DNA of 62,419 nt, filler included, from Chiloscyllium plagiosum (taxonomy: Eukaryota), in NCBI RefSeq assembly GCF_004010195.1. It is 5 parts of one record of this genome, joined end to end, with 100 filler letters (N's around TTAATTAATTAA, not from the genome) between each part and the next. Parts side by side here need not be neighbours in the genome. Positions count along the whole stretch, not along the records: positions 34,436 to 52,990 come from NC_057712.1; positions 53,091 to 58,429 come from NC_057712.1; positions 58,530 to 62,419 come from NC_057712.1; 2 more parts are not named here. One strand, given 5' to 3'. The translations under genes and the position numbers were made by a program. Numbering within the stretch: position 1 is the stretch's first letter; every line of letters begins with the position of its first letter. The notes under the pieces were generated by a model. It did no database searches, was not told the DNA's origin, and saw only the letters and a program-made list of their open reading frames with translations. Shown here in pieces: positions 51,201 to 62,419 of this stretch.

Positions 51201-52980
51201 TTGAACACATTGGTACACTACAATCCGAAGCAAAAGGTAGTGCTAACATGTGATACCCCTCCGTACAGTATCGGGGTAGTGTCAGCTCACCGGTGGCCCA
51301 ATGGAGAAGAACGCCCGATCGTGTATGCTTCCTCGACTCTGGCTGATGCCGAATGCAAGTATGCCTAGATAGAGATGGAAGTTTGGCGGACATCTTTGGT
51401 GTGAGGAAGTTCCACCAATACCTTTACAGATGGAAATTTGTCACAGTAACAGATCACAAACCCCTGCTATGGCTACTGAAGGAAGGCAAGGCAGTGCCAC
51501 CCATAGCTTCCGGTAGAATTCAGCATTGGGCACTTATTCTCAGCACAAAGAGTACAAGTTAGAATACCATCCAGGAAGCCAAGTGGCTAGTGCAGATGCC
51601 TTGAGCCGCCTCCCACTGGCAAATATCCTACCGGTGGTCCATCCCCTGGAAGAGTCCATTTTGGTTTTAAAATTCCTGGACACTTTTCCAGTCATTGCCG
51701 ACAATATCCAACTGTTGACACAAAACTCCTGTCCTAGCAAAACCGAAACAGCTTTTGGTAATGGGGGAAACAGAAGGGTCATCGTCACCCAGGTGGAAAC
51801 TTCTCTGGACCCAGTGAGACCAGATCACCGTAGAGGACTCCATATTATTACAGGGGTGCAAGGGTGATTATCCAGAGTAAAGGACATCGCCAGAAACTGG
51901 CTGAGCTCCACCAGGGTCATCCAGGGGTCTCCAAGATGAAGATGCTACCAAGAAGCCATGTGTGTTGGCCAGGGTTTAATGCCAACATACCTGCATTGGT
52001 GGGATAGTGCCCAGAGTGTCAACAAGGACAAACATTGGCACCAGCAGTGCCCCCGCATTTGTGAGATTGGCAGGGTTGCATGTGACTATGCTAGTCTTTT
52101 CATGGACTTAATGTTCCTGGTCATTGTGGACACCCATTTGAAATGGTTTGGGTGTGCATAAAGTTTGGTTGGCAAACTCAGGGTTAACGATTGTGAAGCT
52201 GCAAGCATTGTTCATGATACACAGACTCCCAGAAGTATTCGTCATGGTCAATGGGATGTCATTTTCCTAAATGGCATTTGGCACACAAGGACAGCTCCAT
52301 ACCATCCATTGTCCAATGATCTAATGGAAAGATTGGTCCAAATGTTGCAGGCAGGCTTAACAAAGCAGCCTACAGCGTCACTTGCTACCGAACTGTCCCA
52401 GTTCCTGTTTGATTATAGGACCAACCCACACACAACAACAGGGATAGCTCTAGCACAGTTGTTGATGGAGAGATGACACTGTACTAAGTTAAACCCAATA
52501 TTCCCAGACCTGAACAGCAGCAGGAATGCCAATGCTGGTCAATGCCTCCTCAAAGCGAGGGGGTCAGTTTTATTCAGGGGACCACGTTTGGTGTCGGAAC
52601 CATGGGAATGGCCCTGTATGGGTATGAGGCGAGATGGATGTGAGGTCAGGTCCCTTAATTACAAAGCTCAGCTCAGTGATACAGTCCTGAACAAGCACGT
52701 GGATCACCTGAGAGCTGTTACTTCGCAATCGGGGCAGGAGCAAAATGTACCTGGCCCCTTAGAACAGCCAGAAGGCCTGTCAGAAACTGTAGATTCTCCT
52801 ACTCCATCTAGTGTCGAGGAAATCTCAGTGCTCAAGATCGACGCACCTTGATACCATTACACGCTGACTTGTCAGAGCCCGAACTAGAGGGACTGGACTT
52901 GGGGATGAAACATCACCGAGAAAGCTACAAGACAAAGAGCAGGCCGACATCCCTGGATTTTGAGGGCGGAGGGGGGGTGT
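48257..52980 (+). mobile_element. Gypsy/Ty3 LTR retrotransposon, decayed
   Basis: Putative 5' LTR TG(48257)..CA(48483) followed by a PBS-like gtggtgatgag. Gag MPLFGKLDSFDP, protease MEVDTGA, RT KPDHSVHLYGDFK/YPIPHIEDL, RNase H LTCD/TDHKPL, integrase APYHPLSN. Purine tract then tgt at 52978. Confidence 0.9.
50237..50802 (+). mobile_element. Solo LTR nested in Gypsy RT
   Basis: TGTGATG...CATAACA termini, 4-bp TSD ggct at 50233-50236 and 50803-50806, internal aataaa. Confidence 0.85.
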
Positions 52981-52990
52981 GGGGAGGGGA

Positions 52991-53090
52991 NNNNNNNNNN
53001 NNNNNNNNNNNNNNNNNNNNNNNNNNNNNNNNNNTTAATTAATTAANNNNNNNNNNNNNNNNNNNNNNNNNNNNNNNNNNNNNNNNNNNN
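52991..53090. other. Artificial gap linker
   Basis: 44 N + TTAATTAATTAA + 44 N. Confidence 0.98.
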
Positions 53091-53330
53091 GAGTGGTATA
53101 GGTGTAGAGTGAGAGACGGGGAGTGGTATAGGTGTAGCATGAGAGACGGGGAGCGGTACATGTGTAGAGTGAGACTGAGGGGAGTGGTATAGGTGTAGAG
53201 TGAAAGACTGGCGGAGTGGTATAGGTGTAGAGTGAAAGACTGGCGGAGTGGTATAGGTGCAGAGTGAGAGGGACTGGGGTGAGTGGTATAGGTGTAGAGT
53301 GAGAGATGGAGAGGAATATACGTGTAGAGT
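53091..53330. repeat. ~30-bp minisatellite
   Basis: Unit gagtggtataggtgtagagtgagagacggg, about 7-8 copies. Confidence 0.9.
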
Positions 53331-54054
53331 AAGACGTGGGTTCAGAAGTGAGAGACAAGGAAGCAGTGTAGAGTAAGGCAGACGGGACGGGAGGCGGCGG
53401 GGAGGTGTAAGTAGTCAGTTACAGTAAATAAAACAGAATAGAACACTCATCCAACCCCAAAGGAGAGCACTCAGATTTCTGCTCTCCCGTCAGACCGCCG
53501 TGCCTCCTTGGTGGACCTTGAATTGAGATTGTGGCTTGCTCTTTCGGGTCTTAACTCCTCCAGGATCGTTGACTTTTCTGGACTTCAGTCTTTCTCTCTC
53601 TCTTTCTCTCTCTTGCAATCCCCCTTCCTCCCATACCTCGCTCGCTGTGGGGGGTGGGGGGACATTGGAAACCGCTGTCCCCTTTCCAAAGTTTGCGTGC
53701 GCGGGTTTAATTGAACAGCACGGAATTAGAAATGGACCCAGCGGGGAATTAAACCAATACGGAAAGGCCTGGCAGTTGTGAGGTGTGTAAAAGGAGCAGG
53801 GGACAGACAGAGACCGAGTGGAAAGCGAATACGGCAGGAGGCGTCGGAAGTTGGACAAGAGGTAGCGAAGCATATTAATTGAGAACGGAGGCAACTGGAG
53901 GGCGATCGTCCCTCTCCCGCTATTTTCCCCGGACAGTTCTAACGAAAGGCTTAAAGCATTATCTGCACACAGGTAAAAGACTAAAACATACCTGCCCATC
54001 AGTCATGGTAATTCATGGCAATAGAGAGTTAGAGAAACAGATAGGAGAGCCGGA

Positions 54055-54585
54055 TTATATACATATAGTGTGCATATATAATTTTATATATAGCGTGTGC
54101 ATATAGTATATAAAGTCTGTATATAATTTTATATAGTGTGCGTCGAATTTTATAGAGTATGTATATAAGTATATATAGTCTGTGTATATAATTTTAAATA
54201 GTGCGAGTATAATTTAGTGTGTATATAGTTATATAATCTCTGTGTATATAATTTTATATAGTGTGCGTCTAATTTTATGTTGTGTGTATATAATTATATA
54301 TAGTCTCTGTGTATATAATTTTATACAGCCTGCGTCTAATTTTATAGAGTATGTATATAAGTATATATAGTCTGTGTGCATATAATTTTAAATAGTGAGT
54401 ATAATTTATAGTGTGTATATAATTATATAGTCTCAGTGTATATCATTTTATATAGTGTGCGTATAATTTATGCTGTGTATATAATTATATATAGTCTCTG
54501 TGTATATAATTTTATATAGTGTGAGTATAATTTGATACTGTGTACATAATTATACGTATATAGTCTATATGTGTATATATACATG
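54055..54585. repeat. AT-rich degenerate tandem repeat
   Basis: Recurrent gtgtatataattttatatagt units. Confidence 0.85.
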
Positions 54586-56169
54586 TAGAAACAGAAAGAG
54601 GTAGAGAGAGGGAGATTAGACACAGAAAGAAAGTTCGAGAAACAGGTGACCGGTGACAATTTAAAACCGACACTATCTGACAGGGAAATATAATAGTTAC
54701 ATTCTCAGGGAGAGATAGGCAAAGAAATGGTTGCAGATATAAAGGAGGGAGAAGAGAGAGAGAGAGAGAGAGCAAGAATATCTCTGTTCATTTTATTAAC
54801 CAGACAGGGAGGCAATGAAGAGAAGGGTATGGTATCCTAACTAACTGTTAGGCAAGCTTCAACAGGGGTGACGATCTTAATCTCCAGAAAAGAGACTGGG
54901 AGGGGGCTAATTGAGGCCTTCAAGATTAGAAAAGGGTTTAAAATGTGGAGTAGGATGCTCAGACCGAGGGCCATAGGAACAAGAAAAATCTAACGGGGAA
55001 TTCTGGTGAAACCTCTTTCGGGTTCAGGTGAGTAGTATCGATGTGGATCTGGATTAAGCTTGTGTAGAGAGAAAGGCAGTGTAGGATGTACTACTCAGGC
55101 TTTACAATTCCAGGTCCTTCTTATGTAACCAGTTGTTAGGGTTGGCAGAGCTGGGGCACTGTGAGGTGGTGCCAAGCATTAGAGATACTCACACACACAT
55201 TAGAGAGACTCATACACAGAAGCTTCCATTTAGAGTGTGAACTGTAACCTGTTGCTGTTAAGTACAATGTCCACCATCCATGGAGCTGTCCCACTACATT
55301 CGAATCTTATTGTAACAACACAGGCCCTTCAAGTTTATCTTATTTCTTGTACAAAAGTGTAGCATCAATGCATTGTGCATCACCTTCACTGCATTAAATG
55401 ACACAACCCTCCCCACATCCCAGTCCCTGAACCCAATGGATTTTTTTTTCTTTCAAATTTCCACCCTTGCTCTTGTATTTTCAATACCAACTGTCCTTGT
55501 TAATCCACGGAATTAGGTTTCACTCTCTGCGTCTGAATGTTTTCTCCAGTAATTAAAGGATCTGAGTTATTATCCATGTCTGAGAACAAAACCGTAAGTT
55601 GAACAAAATCAAGAATGGTTCTGGAAACGCTTCCCACTGGGCCCTTAACGGATACACTGTGAAGGAGAGCTACTCGCTTGATTTGGTTTCAGAGGTGCTT
55701 AGTAAAAATTCACTTGATGCCCTGATTTTCTCCACGTTGCCAACCTCATAGTGAACGAGGAACCAGTTGAGAGACTGGCTGGGTTAAAAATGGTTTAAAA
55801 TGTGGTGTCAGTCAGATAGGCTGTCTTCATTTAAGGTCAATAGGTAAGGTTGGGAGGCAATCTCCCAGACCATAAGAGGAGCTCCTGATTGAATGTCGAT
55901 TGGTAGCCGGGACTGGATGGGATCCACCTTAGGGTGCTCAGGGTATAACCAACGTTCCATCAGTCCTATTCAGCTGCCTAGAGACTCACAAATCTCTTAT
56001 TTCCTCATGAGAGATCCTGAGGAAGCGAGCTCTGAGGAAGGGTCACTCGTCCCGGAACGTTACCTCTGCTTTTTCTCCACAGATGCTGCCAGACCTGCTG
56101 AGCTTTCCCAGAAACTTCTGGGGGGGGGGGGGGGGGGGAGGGGTTGTGTGTGTTTGATGTCCAGATTAT

Positions 56170-56690
56170 TGAGAGGGGAGTTGAATGCAAAAATAGGAGA
56201 TAATGCTTCAGTTCGAAAGAGGACTGGTAAAGCTGCATCTGGAGTATTACTTACTGGTCACTGTACTTAAGTGACAATGTTAATACATTGGAAGCAGTAC
56301 AGAGAAGATTTATTAAATTAATACCTGGAGTGAGTAGATTGCCTTACGCGGAAAGCCTAAGTCTGTATCCTCTGGAGCTTAGACAAGTCAAAGGTGACTT
56401 AGTTGAAACAGGTAAGACCCTGAGGGAACTTGACCAGGTTGAAAGCATGTTTTTCTTGTAGAAGAATCTCGAACGAGGGACAGAGTTGTGGGTCTGTAGA
56501 ATCTCTTCCTCAAAAAGGACAGAAAATATTTACATATTTTAAGGGAGAGCTCGATCGATGACCAAAGAAAGGCGTGAAAGATTATCTGGGGAAACGCTGG
56601 ACTGTAGTATTGAGATTAAGAATTAGATCAGCCATGAAGTTAGGGAATGCTAGAATAAATTCGAAGGGCCGAGTAATTTTATCCAGTTGG
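56170..56690 (+). mobile_element. Old CR1 3' remnant
   Basis: ctggtaaagctgcatctggagtat and ggtgacttagttgaa motifs. Confidence 0.6.
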
Positions 56691-57786
56691 TATGTCTCTC
56701 AGTCTCTCTCTGTCACTGGCTCTCTCTCTCTCTCTCTACCCCAGATAGTGTTCCCATCAGGAATTACCAACGCACGAGGTGAAACCCAGCTAGGGGGCAA
56801 AACTAGAGACGGAACCCCAAAACACAAGCCGCTGTAAAAGCTCGGCAGTTCTGGCAACATCTGTGCAGCGAAAGCAGTTCCAGCAACGTCTGTCTGATTT
56901 TACAGCGTCCGCAGTTCTTTCTGGGGTTTTTTTTATCGGACAGAAAACTTACCTACTGTATTTTCCAGGGGTTTTTTTTTAGAGAGGAGCGGATATACAG
57001 GGCATTACGGTTTGTCAACGCCCCTGAGGGCGGAGTCATCACAGTTAGAGCCAGTGAGAGTGAGCTAAGAGAAGTTAAACTGAGCGGACAGGACCAGACC
57101 CTGGGTTCTCACAAGGCGTGTGCTATCAGAGTACCAGCCAGCACTTCCTTTACTCTGTTGCCTGTCATTCTATAAATACATATACAGATTTATTTTTTTT
57201 TTGTATGTAGGTCTGGATAAAAGCTTTTTAAATCCCCATTCTCCAAATTCTGCGCTGGATTTGTGTTGGAGTAGCAAGTGCATCGAGATCCTGGATTTGA
57301 AATTTCGTGATAGACACATTTTATATTTAGAGAGAATTTTTTGTGTGTGTGTGTGTGTCTGAAGACAAGTTGGGCTTCAAGCAACTCTCTCTCTCTCTCT
57401 CTCCTTCCCCTCCTCCCTCCCAACTCCAACACCACCTTCGGTCGCCAGCAGCTGTTTGAGACGGATCCATTCTGTCTGTGTCTGTGCGTGTGCGTGAGAG
57501 AGTGTGAGAGAGAGAGGAAGGTCTCCGCCGAGCGAACTTGGGTCTTTTCGCAGTTGGTTCGGGCGAGAATCTGAAGTCTGTTCGCCCCGTGGACGGAGGG
57601 GGAGAGAGGGCAACGGGAAGTGGCGAAGAGAGAAAATTAATGCTTTATTCACATTCGGAGGATGTTACAGTGAAAACAGTGGATTGACGGCGAGAGATCT
57701 CCTTCAACTTTATTTTTTAAAATTTTTTTTTGGTCTCTCGGCCCTTCGCCTGCTTTCTGTTGGGATACAATATTTGAACCAGCAAC

Positions 57787-57852
57787 ATGAAATCGTTTCT
57801 AAATTTGCTCAGCTGTTTTCTAGTCACCCTGCTGTACGTTGACAGTACGAAG
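57787..57852 (+). CDS. First coding exon encoding a signal peptide of an unidentified secreted or membrane protein
   Basis: Kozak-like agcaacATG. MKSFLNLLSCFLVTLLYVDSTK (basic n-region, hydrophobic core). Strong donor AAG|gtaagc, phase 0. CpG-rich, transposon-free upstream region. Confidence 0.65.
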
Positions 57853-58312
57853 GTAAGCCATCTCTCTCTCTCTCTATGTGTGTGTCTCTCTCTGTGTCTC
57901 TCTCTGTGTCTCTCTCTGGCTGTCGCTGTTTTGATAATAAAACATTACTCACTGCAGAATGAAAGCGCCTGGAAAGCGGCTCGATCCCACATGTGTGAGA
58001 TGTACACCGGCTGGAGGGAAACCCACAGCTCGGCACAAGATTGAAGCGTTTTCACTTTTCATTTTACTTTCCCTCTCGTTTGCTCATTCCTTCCGTCTCT
58101 TTCTCCTTCCCTCTCTCCCGGCTCTGCCTCTCAGCTTATCCTCTCTCTCTCTCTCTCACTCTGTACCTCCTTTCTCTCTGTCCGGCCACTCTCCCACTGT
58201 TCACTTCCAAATCTATCTCCCTGCTCACCTCCTTTCTCTCTCTCTCTCTCTCTCCAAACTCTCCTCTCTCTCCCTCTTTGCAAGCCTTTCTCTAGTTCTC
58301 TCTAATTCCGCC

Positions 58313-58353
<41 letters not shown>

Positions 58354-58429
58354 CTCCCCCCCCCCCCCCTCCCCCGTTATTTCACTCTCTCAAGAAATGA
58401 TAGTGGTTTCCATGTGTTGCTACATGTAT

Positions 58430-58529
58430 NNNNNNNNNNNNNNNNNNNNNNNNNNNNNNNNNNNNNNNNNNNNTTAATTAATTAANNNNNNNNNNNNNNN
58501 NNNNNNNNNNNNNNNNNNNNNNNNNNNNN
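58430..58529. other. Artificial gap linker
   Basis: 44 N + TTAATTAATTAA + 44 N. Confidence 0.98.
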
Positions 58530-59298
58530 GAATGTATGTGGGGAGTTCCTGGACTAGGGGGGATAGGACAGTGTCGAGGTAGGTAGAAATGAGTTCAGTT
58601 GGGCAGGAGCATGCTGAGACAATGGGTCGGCCAGGGTGGTCAGGCTTTTGGATCTTGGGAAAGAGGTAGAGCCGGGCAGTGCGGGGTTCCCGGACTATGA
58701 TGTTGGAAGCTGTGGGTGGGAGATCTCCTGAGGTGATGAGGTTCTGTATGGTCTGGGAGATGATGGTTTGGTGATGGGGGGTGAGGTCATGGTCGAGGGG
58801 GCAGTAGGAAGAGGTGTCCTCGAGTTGACGTTTGGCTTCAGCGGTGTAGAGGTCAGTGCGCCAGACTACCACTGCGCCCCCTTTATCCGCTGGCTTGATG
58901 GTGAGTTTGGGATTAGAGCAGAGGGATTGGAGGGTTGCGCGTTGTGAGGGTGAGAGGTTGGAGTGGGGGAAGGGGGTGGACAGGTTGAGGCGATTAATGT
59001 CCTGGCGACAGTTGGAAATGAAGAGGTCGAGGGCAGGTAATAGGCCAACACGGGGTGTCCAGGTGGATGCAGTGTGTTGGAGGTGGGCAAAGGGACCTCG
59101 GAAGGTGGGCGGGATTCCTGATTGTGAAAGTAAGCTCGGAGGCGGAGGCGACGGAAGAATTGTTCGACGTCACGCATGTATTAAATTCATTGATGCGTGG
59201 ACGGAGGGGATGAAGGTGAGTCCTTTACTGAGGACTGATAGTTCGCCAGTTTTCACCATCCCTCCAGACCTTCCCCTCACTGAGGACGAACGATCAGT
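58530..59298 (-). mobile_element. Penelope-like element N-terminal/RT fragment with short 5' inversion
   Basis: VLSKGLTFIP, DVEQFFRRLRLRAYF, LYLFPKIQKPDHPGRPIVSAC..LVQELPTYI. The preceding peptide PVFTIPPDLPLTEDERSV is on the opposite strand (about 59246-59298). Confidence 0.9.
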
Positions 59299-61364
59299 TG
59301 AACTATTGAGCCTGTATTGTCTCTCTGTGTTTCTTCTACCAAAATGCATTCCCTCACATTTCTCTGCATTGAAATTCATCTGGCAAATGACTGTCCATTT
59401 AGCCAACCTCACTGAAGACTGGGGGTAATCCTCAGACTGCCACTTTATGGGTCCAGCTCTTAAATCTTATATCAAGCTCCCTGAAATCTGTTTTCAGGAC
59501 CTCATTTGTATCTCTACCTAAGTCTTTGGTACCAATGTGGACCACATCCTCTGCTAATCATCCTTTCCTAAAAGAATTTTCTGCAGTTGTGCAGTAACAT
59601 CCTATAACCCAGCAGAAGGAGAGAAACATCATTGCAGAAAGAACAGCAGTGAGGTTTGCTATTCATAGGATGCTATGTAAACACAGGTTGTTGAGTATGA
59701 GGTTGAAAATGTCAAGGAAGGTAAATTTAAGGCTGAAGGCATTGGTCTTTCTGAGGCTTTTGAATGAAGTCAGATTAGTAAGGTGGAGTGGTCTCCATTC
59801 GTCCTGTTTGTTGTTTGTGTTTTAAAAACATTGTTTCAATAGATTCTTATCAAATGACATTAAAACAAGTAGTTGATTGCATTCTGAACTTCTGTCTGAT
59901 TTCCCACTTCCTTTTTGGGTGAGCGTTTTGCTTGTTGTTATTTTCTATAACACTCATCCTGCAATCAAGTCCTTATTTAAAGTGTTATTGTATGCACATC
60001 TGTTTGATGTCTTCATTGAAGGTTAATATATCTGATTATTTTTTATACAGTGATTGACTTCTTATCAGTAATATCTAGAGACAGGCGTTATCCAGCTTTG
60101 TGTCTGCAACGTTCTAGAAGATGTGATCAGTATGTTGTGGCCCCAGATCAGATCCCTGAGTTTAGTTATGATCTGCTCAAGACTTCCTTTTCAACTTTTT
60201 TCTAAGCAATTATGAAGAGAATAAAGCCATACAGTACCATGGTTTTAAACAACCAAGAATAATTGTTTGAACTGAACAAGTCAGAAAAGTAAAATAATCT
60301 ACAACATCTATCTTGTAACTAAGCATCCAGAATTGACACAAGGAAATATGAACTAAACAGACAAACCGTGACCTAGTACACCACACTGCGCATGAGATGG
60401 CAGATGTAACTAAAGCAGATCCTATGAATTTTCTCAACTATGCATCTGCATGTCAGTGATCATGTATGTTACAAAATCTTTGAGCAATGTTTCTCCCTCA
60501 CGAAGAACTTCAATTTTCTGCTTTCAAAAATCTGGTCTCTGAATTCCTCAAAGACTGCACAAAATCATACTGCTTCAGTGAGAGCTCTCTTCTCATTGGT
60601 CCTATCTGTTTGCCTGGGACTGCATTTCATTGGATTGCCTAGGCTGCAATCCAGTGCATAATGCAGATAAATGCATATCTCCAAGCTAGCAATGCTCTGT
60701 ATATCACAGGCTGTATTGAGTTATAAATGGCTCCTGGGCTTCTTCTGAGCCCGAATGTTCTCAAGTAGAGAGCCAGTGGTTTTCCATTGCCTCCTCTGCT
60801 CCCAAGGGCTCCACTGAGCCTTAATTGCCAGAACTAACAAACCACATCACTTTCACTGCCTGCAATCTCCTTAGCTGCTCGTGGTTTGAAGGCAGGACCC
60901 TTCTTTACGGTGCCATAGTGGGTTCCGTGGTGGCTGTTTATGTGCCACAGCACCAACCAGTCAAACTCTTGTCCAGCTGGCTTAGTCCTTTAGCTGTAGA
61001 GTGGAAACTGGAAAAAAGCAAGTAGTGTCTATCATGCTGTCATGCTCTGTACATGCAGTGAAAGTCTCAGGCGACCAGGAAGTGGTGTCTTTGACCTCTG
61101 CGCAGAATTCAGGTAGAGTTTCATGATAAGTACATCAGTAATATAACGTCTACTCTGTCCTGTTGGATCTCCTACATGCTACATTTGGCGTATTACCTGT
61201 GTGGACTTGCATTGTATTAGTCTTAAAAAAAAGTATGTAACTTAAATAATAAAAGCTGCAATTTGTTTGGTGCTGACAGGTTGGGATGAGACAGCAGGAA
61301 ATGCATCCACTGATTGTAAGGCACATCTCTTTTGAGTGAAATGGACTCAGTTTACTGTAGTTGA

Positions 61365-61526
<162 letters not shown>

Positions 61527-62289
61527 TAAATGGTTTTGGAGCATTTTCACTTGTTAAGATGATAGACATGAATGCTGACAATAAACTGTTTCCCAATATT
61601 CTTTCATCCTAGTTGTTTTGCGTGTTTTGGTTGCAAAGTAAATATTTTCTCTGCACCTTACCCATGGCAATCCCTCAGTCATAACATCTGTAAATATTCT
61701 CCTATTCTCTGGACTGTAAATTAGTGTGTCTCACCTCCACTCGAAGCATCATTTCAAAAGAGATAGCTACCTGGGTATTATGAGAATACAATCCCTGTTT
61801 TCCTAAATACCTGCCTGGCTATTGCTTTAGCCTGGTACTACATTCAACGGTGCTCTCAGATTTTCTGTTCAATTTGAGGTTCTAGTCCATTCAGTTAAAT
61901 AAATGTTATATCTAAGTACATGCATGCATAAAAAGTAAATTTTATTTTATCATTTTTTAACTGTAAACCTGATGACAGCTATGGGGCTTCTATTGGCAGA
62001 TTGAAGTAGATGAGCCAAATGCCCATCCTGTCTGTACTTATCTTTGTGATATATTGATGACAGGTTCCTTTTTCATTCCAGCGAACGATTTCTCTACTCA
62101 GCAAGGATCAGGTAACCCAGGCAGGCAGCACGTGTGTGTCTCACGCTCAAGCCCTCGATTTTGCACACTGGGGGTCACGCTGTGCCATGCCAGCAGCACT
62201 ATGCCAACACAAGACAGAAATATTCCAAAATCGCAGTTAACCAAAACTAAATATCCCTTTACCAGGATAAACACCACCTTCATGTGCCG

Positions 62290-62419
62290 TCTACCAGGAT
62301 ATATACCTTCTCCACACAGCCCTTTACCAGGATATACACCTCACTCTCACAGCCCTTTACCAGGATATACACCTCACTCTCACAGCCCTTTACCAGGATA
62401 TACACCTCGCTCTCACAGC
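62290..62419. repeat. 33-bp minisatellite
   Basis: Unit ccctttaccaggatatacacctcactctcacag starts at 62320, 62353 and 62386. Confidence 0.9.

Noticed and set aside
53091..53330. ~30-bp repeats as a CRISPR-like array (also 62290-62419)
   Set aside because: Units are head-to-tail with no unique spacers and no cas genes, in vertebrate DNA. These are ordinary minisatellites.
57959..58429. Long Leu/Ser/Pro-rich ORF
   Set aside because: Translation artefact of (CT)n and poly-C low-complexity intronic sequence.

Overview
Repeat-dense vertebrate genomic DNA, most likely from a shark or other elasmobranch (HE1-type tRNA SINEs, abundant CR1 LINEs). It is split into five segments by four artificial 100-bp linkers (44 N + TTAATTAATTAA + 44 N). 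Most of the window is decayed mobile DNA: CR1 LINEs (some with an SGNH-esterase ORF1), L2, a Tx1 LINE, a Gypsy LTR element with a nested solo LTR, several Penelope-like (PLE) families and SINEs. Host-gene sequence is sparse. (1) A divergent SOUL/heme-binding-protein (HEBP2-like) gene on the minus strand (about 28580-36260) has three phase-compatible exons, an in-frame stop and a frameshifted signal-peptide exon, so it is probably a pseudogene of a secreted SOUL protein. (2) A signal-peptide first coding exon of an unidentified gene lies at 57787-57852. (3) One 94-bp kinase exon of an MRCK/DMPK-family gene lies at 61409-61502. The most notable structures are minimal hammerhead ribozyme cores shared by at least four PLE-type repeat families, short palindromic TSD-flanked PLE derivatives, a near-perfect 476-bp CR1 fold-back palindrome inside a chimeric insertion, and templated inverted insertions copied from nearby DNA. 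I found no clearly new biological system. Repeat boundaries were set by eye and are approximate unless a TSD or splice site is quoted.
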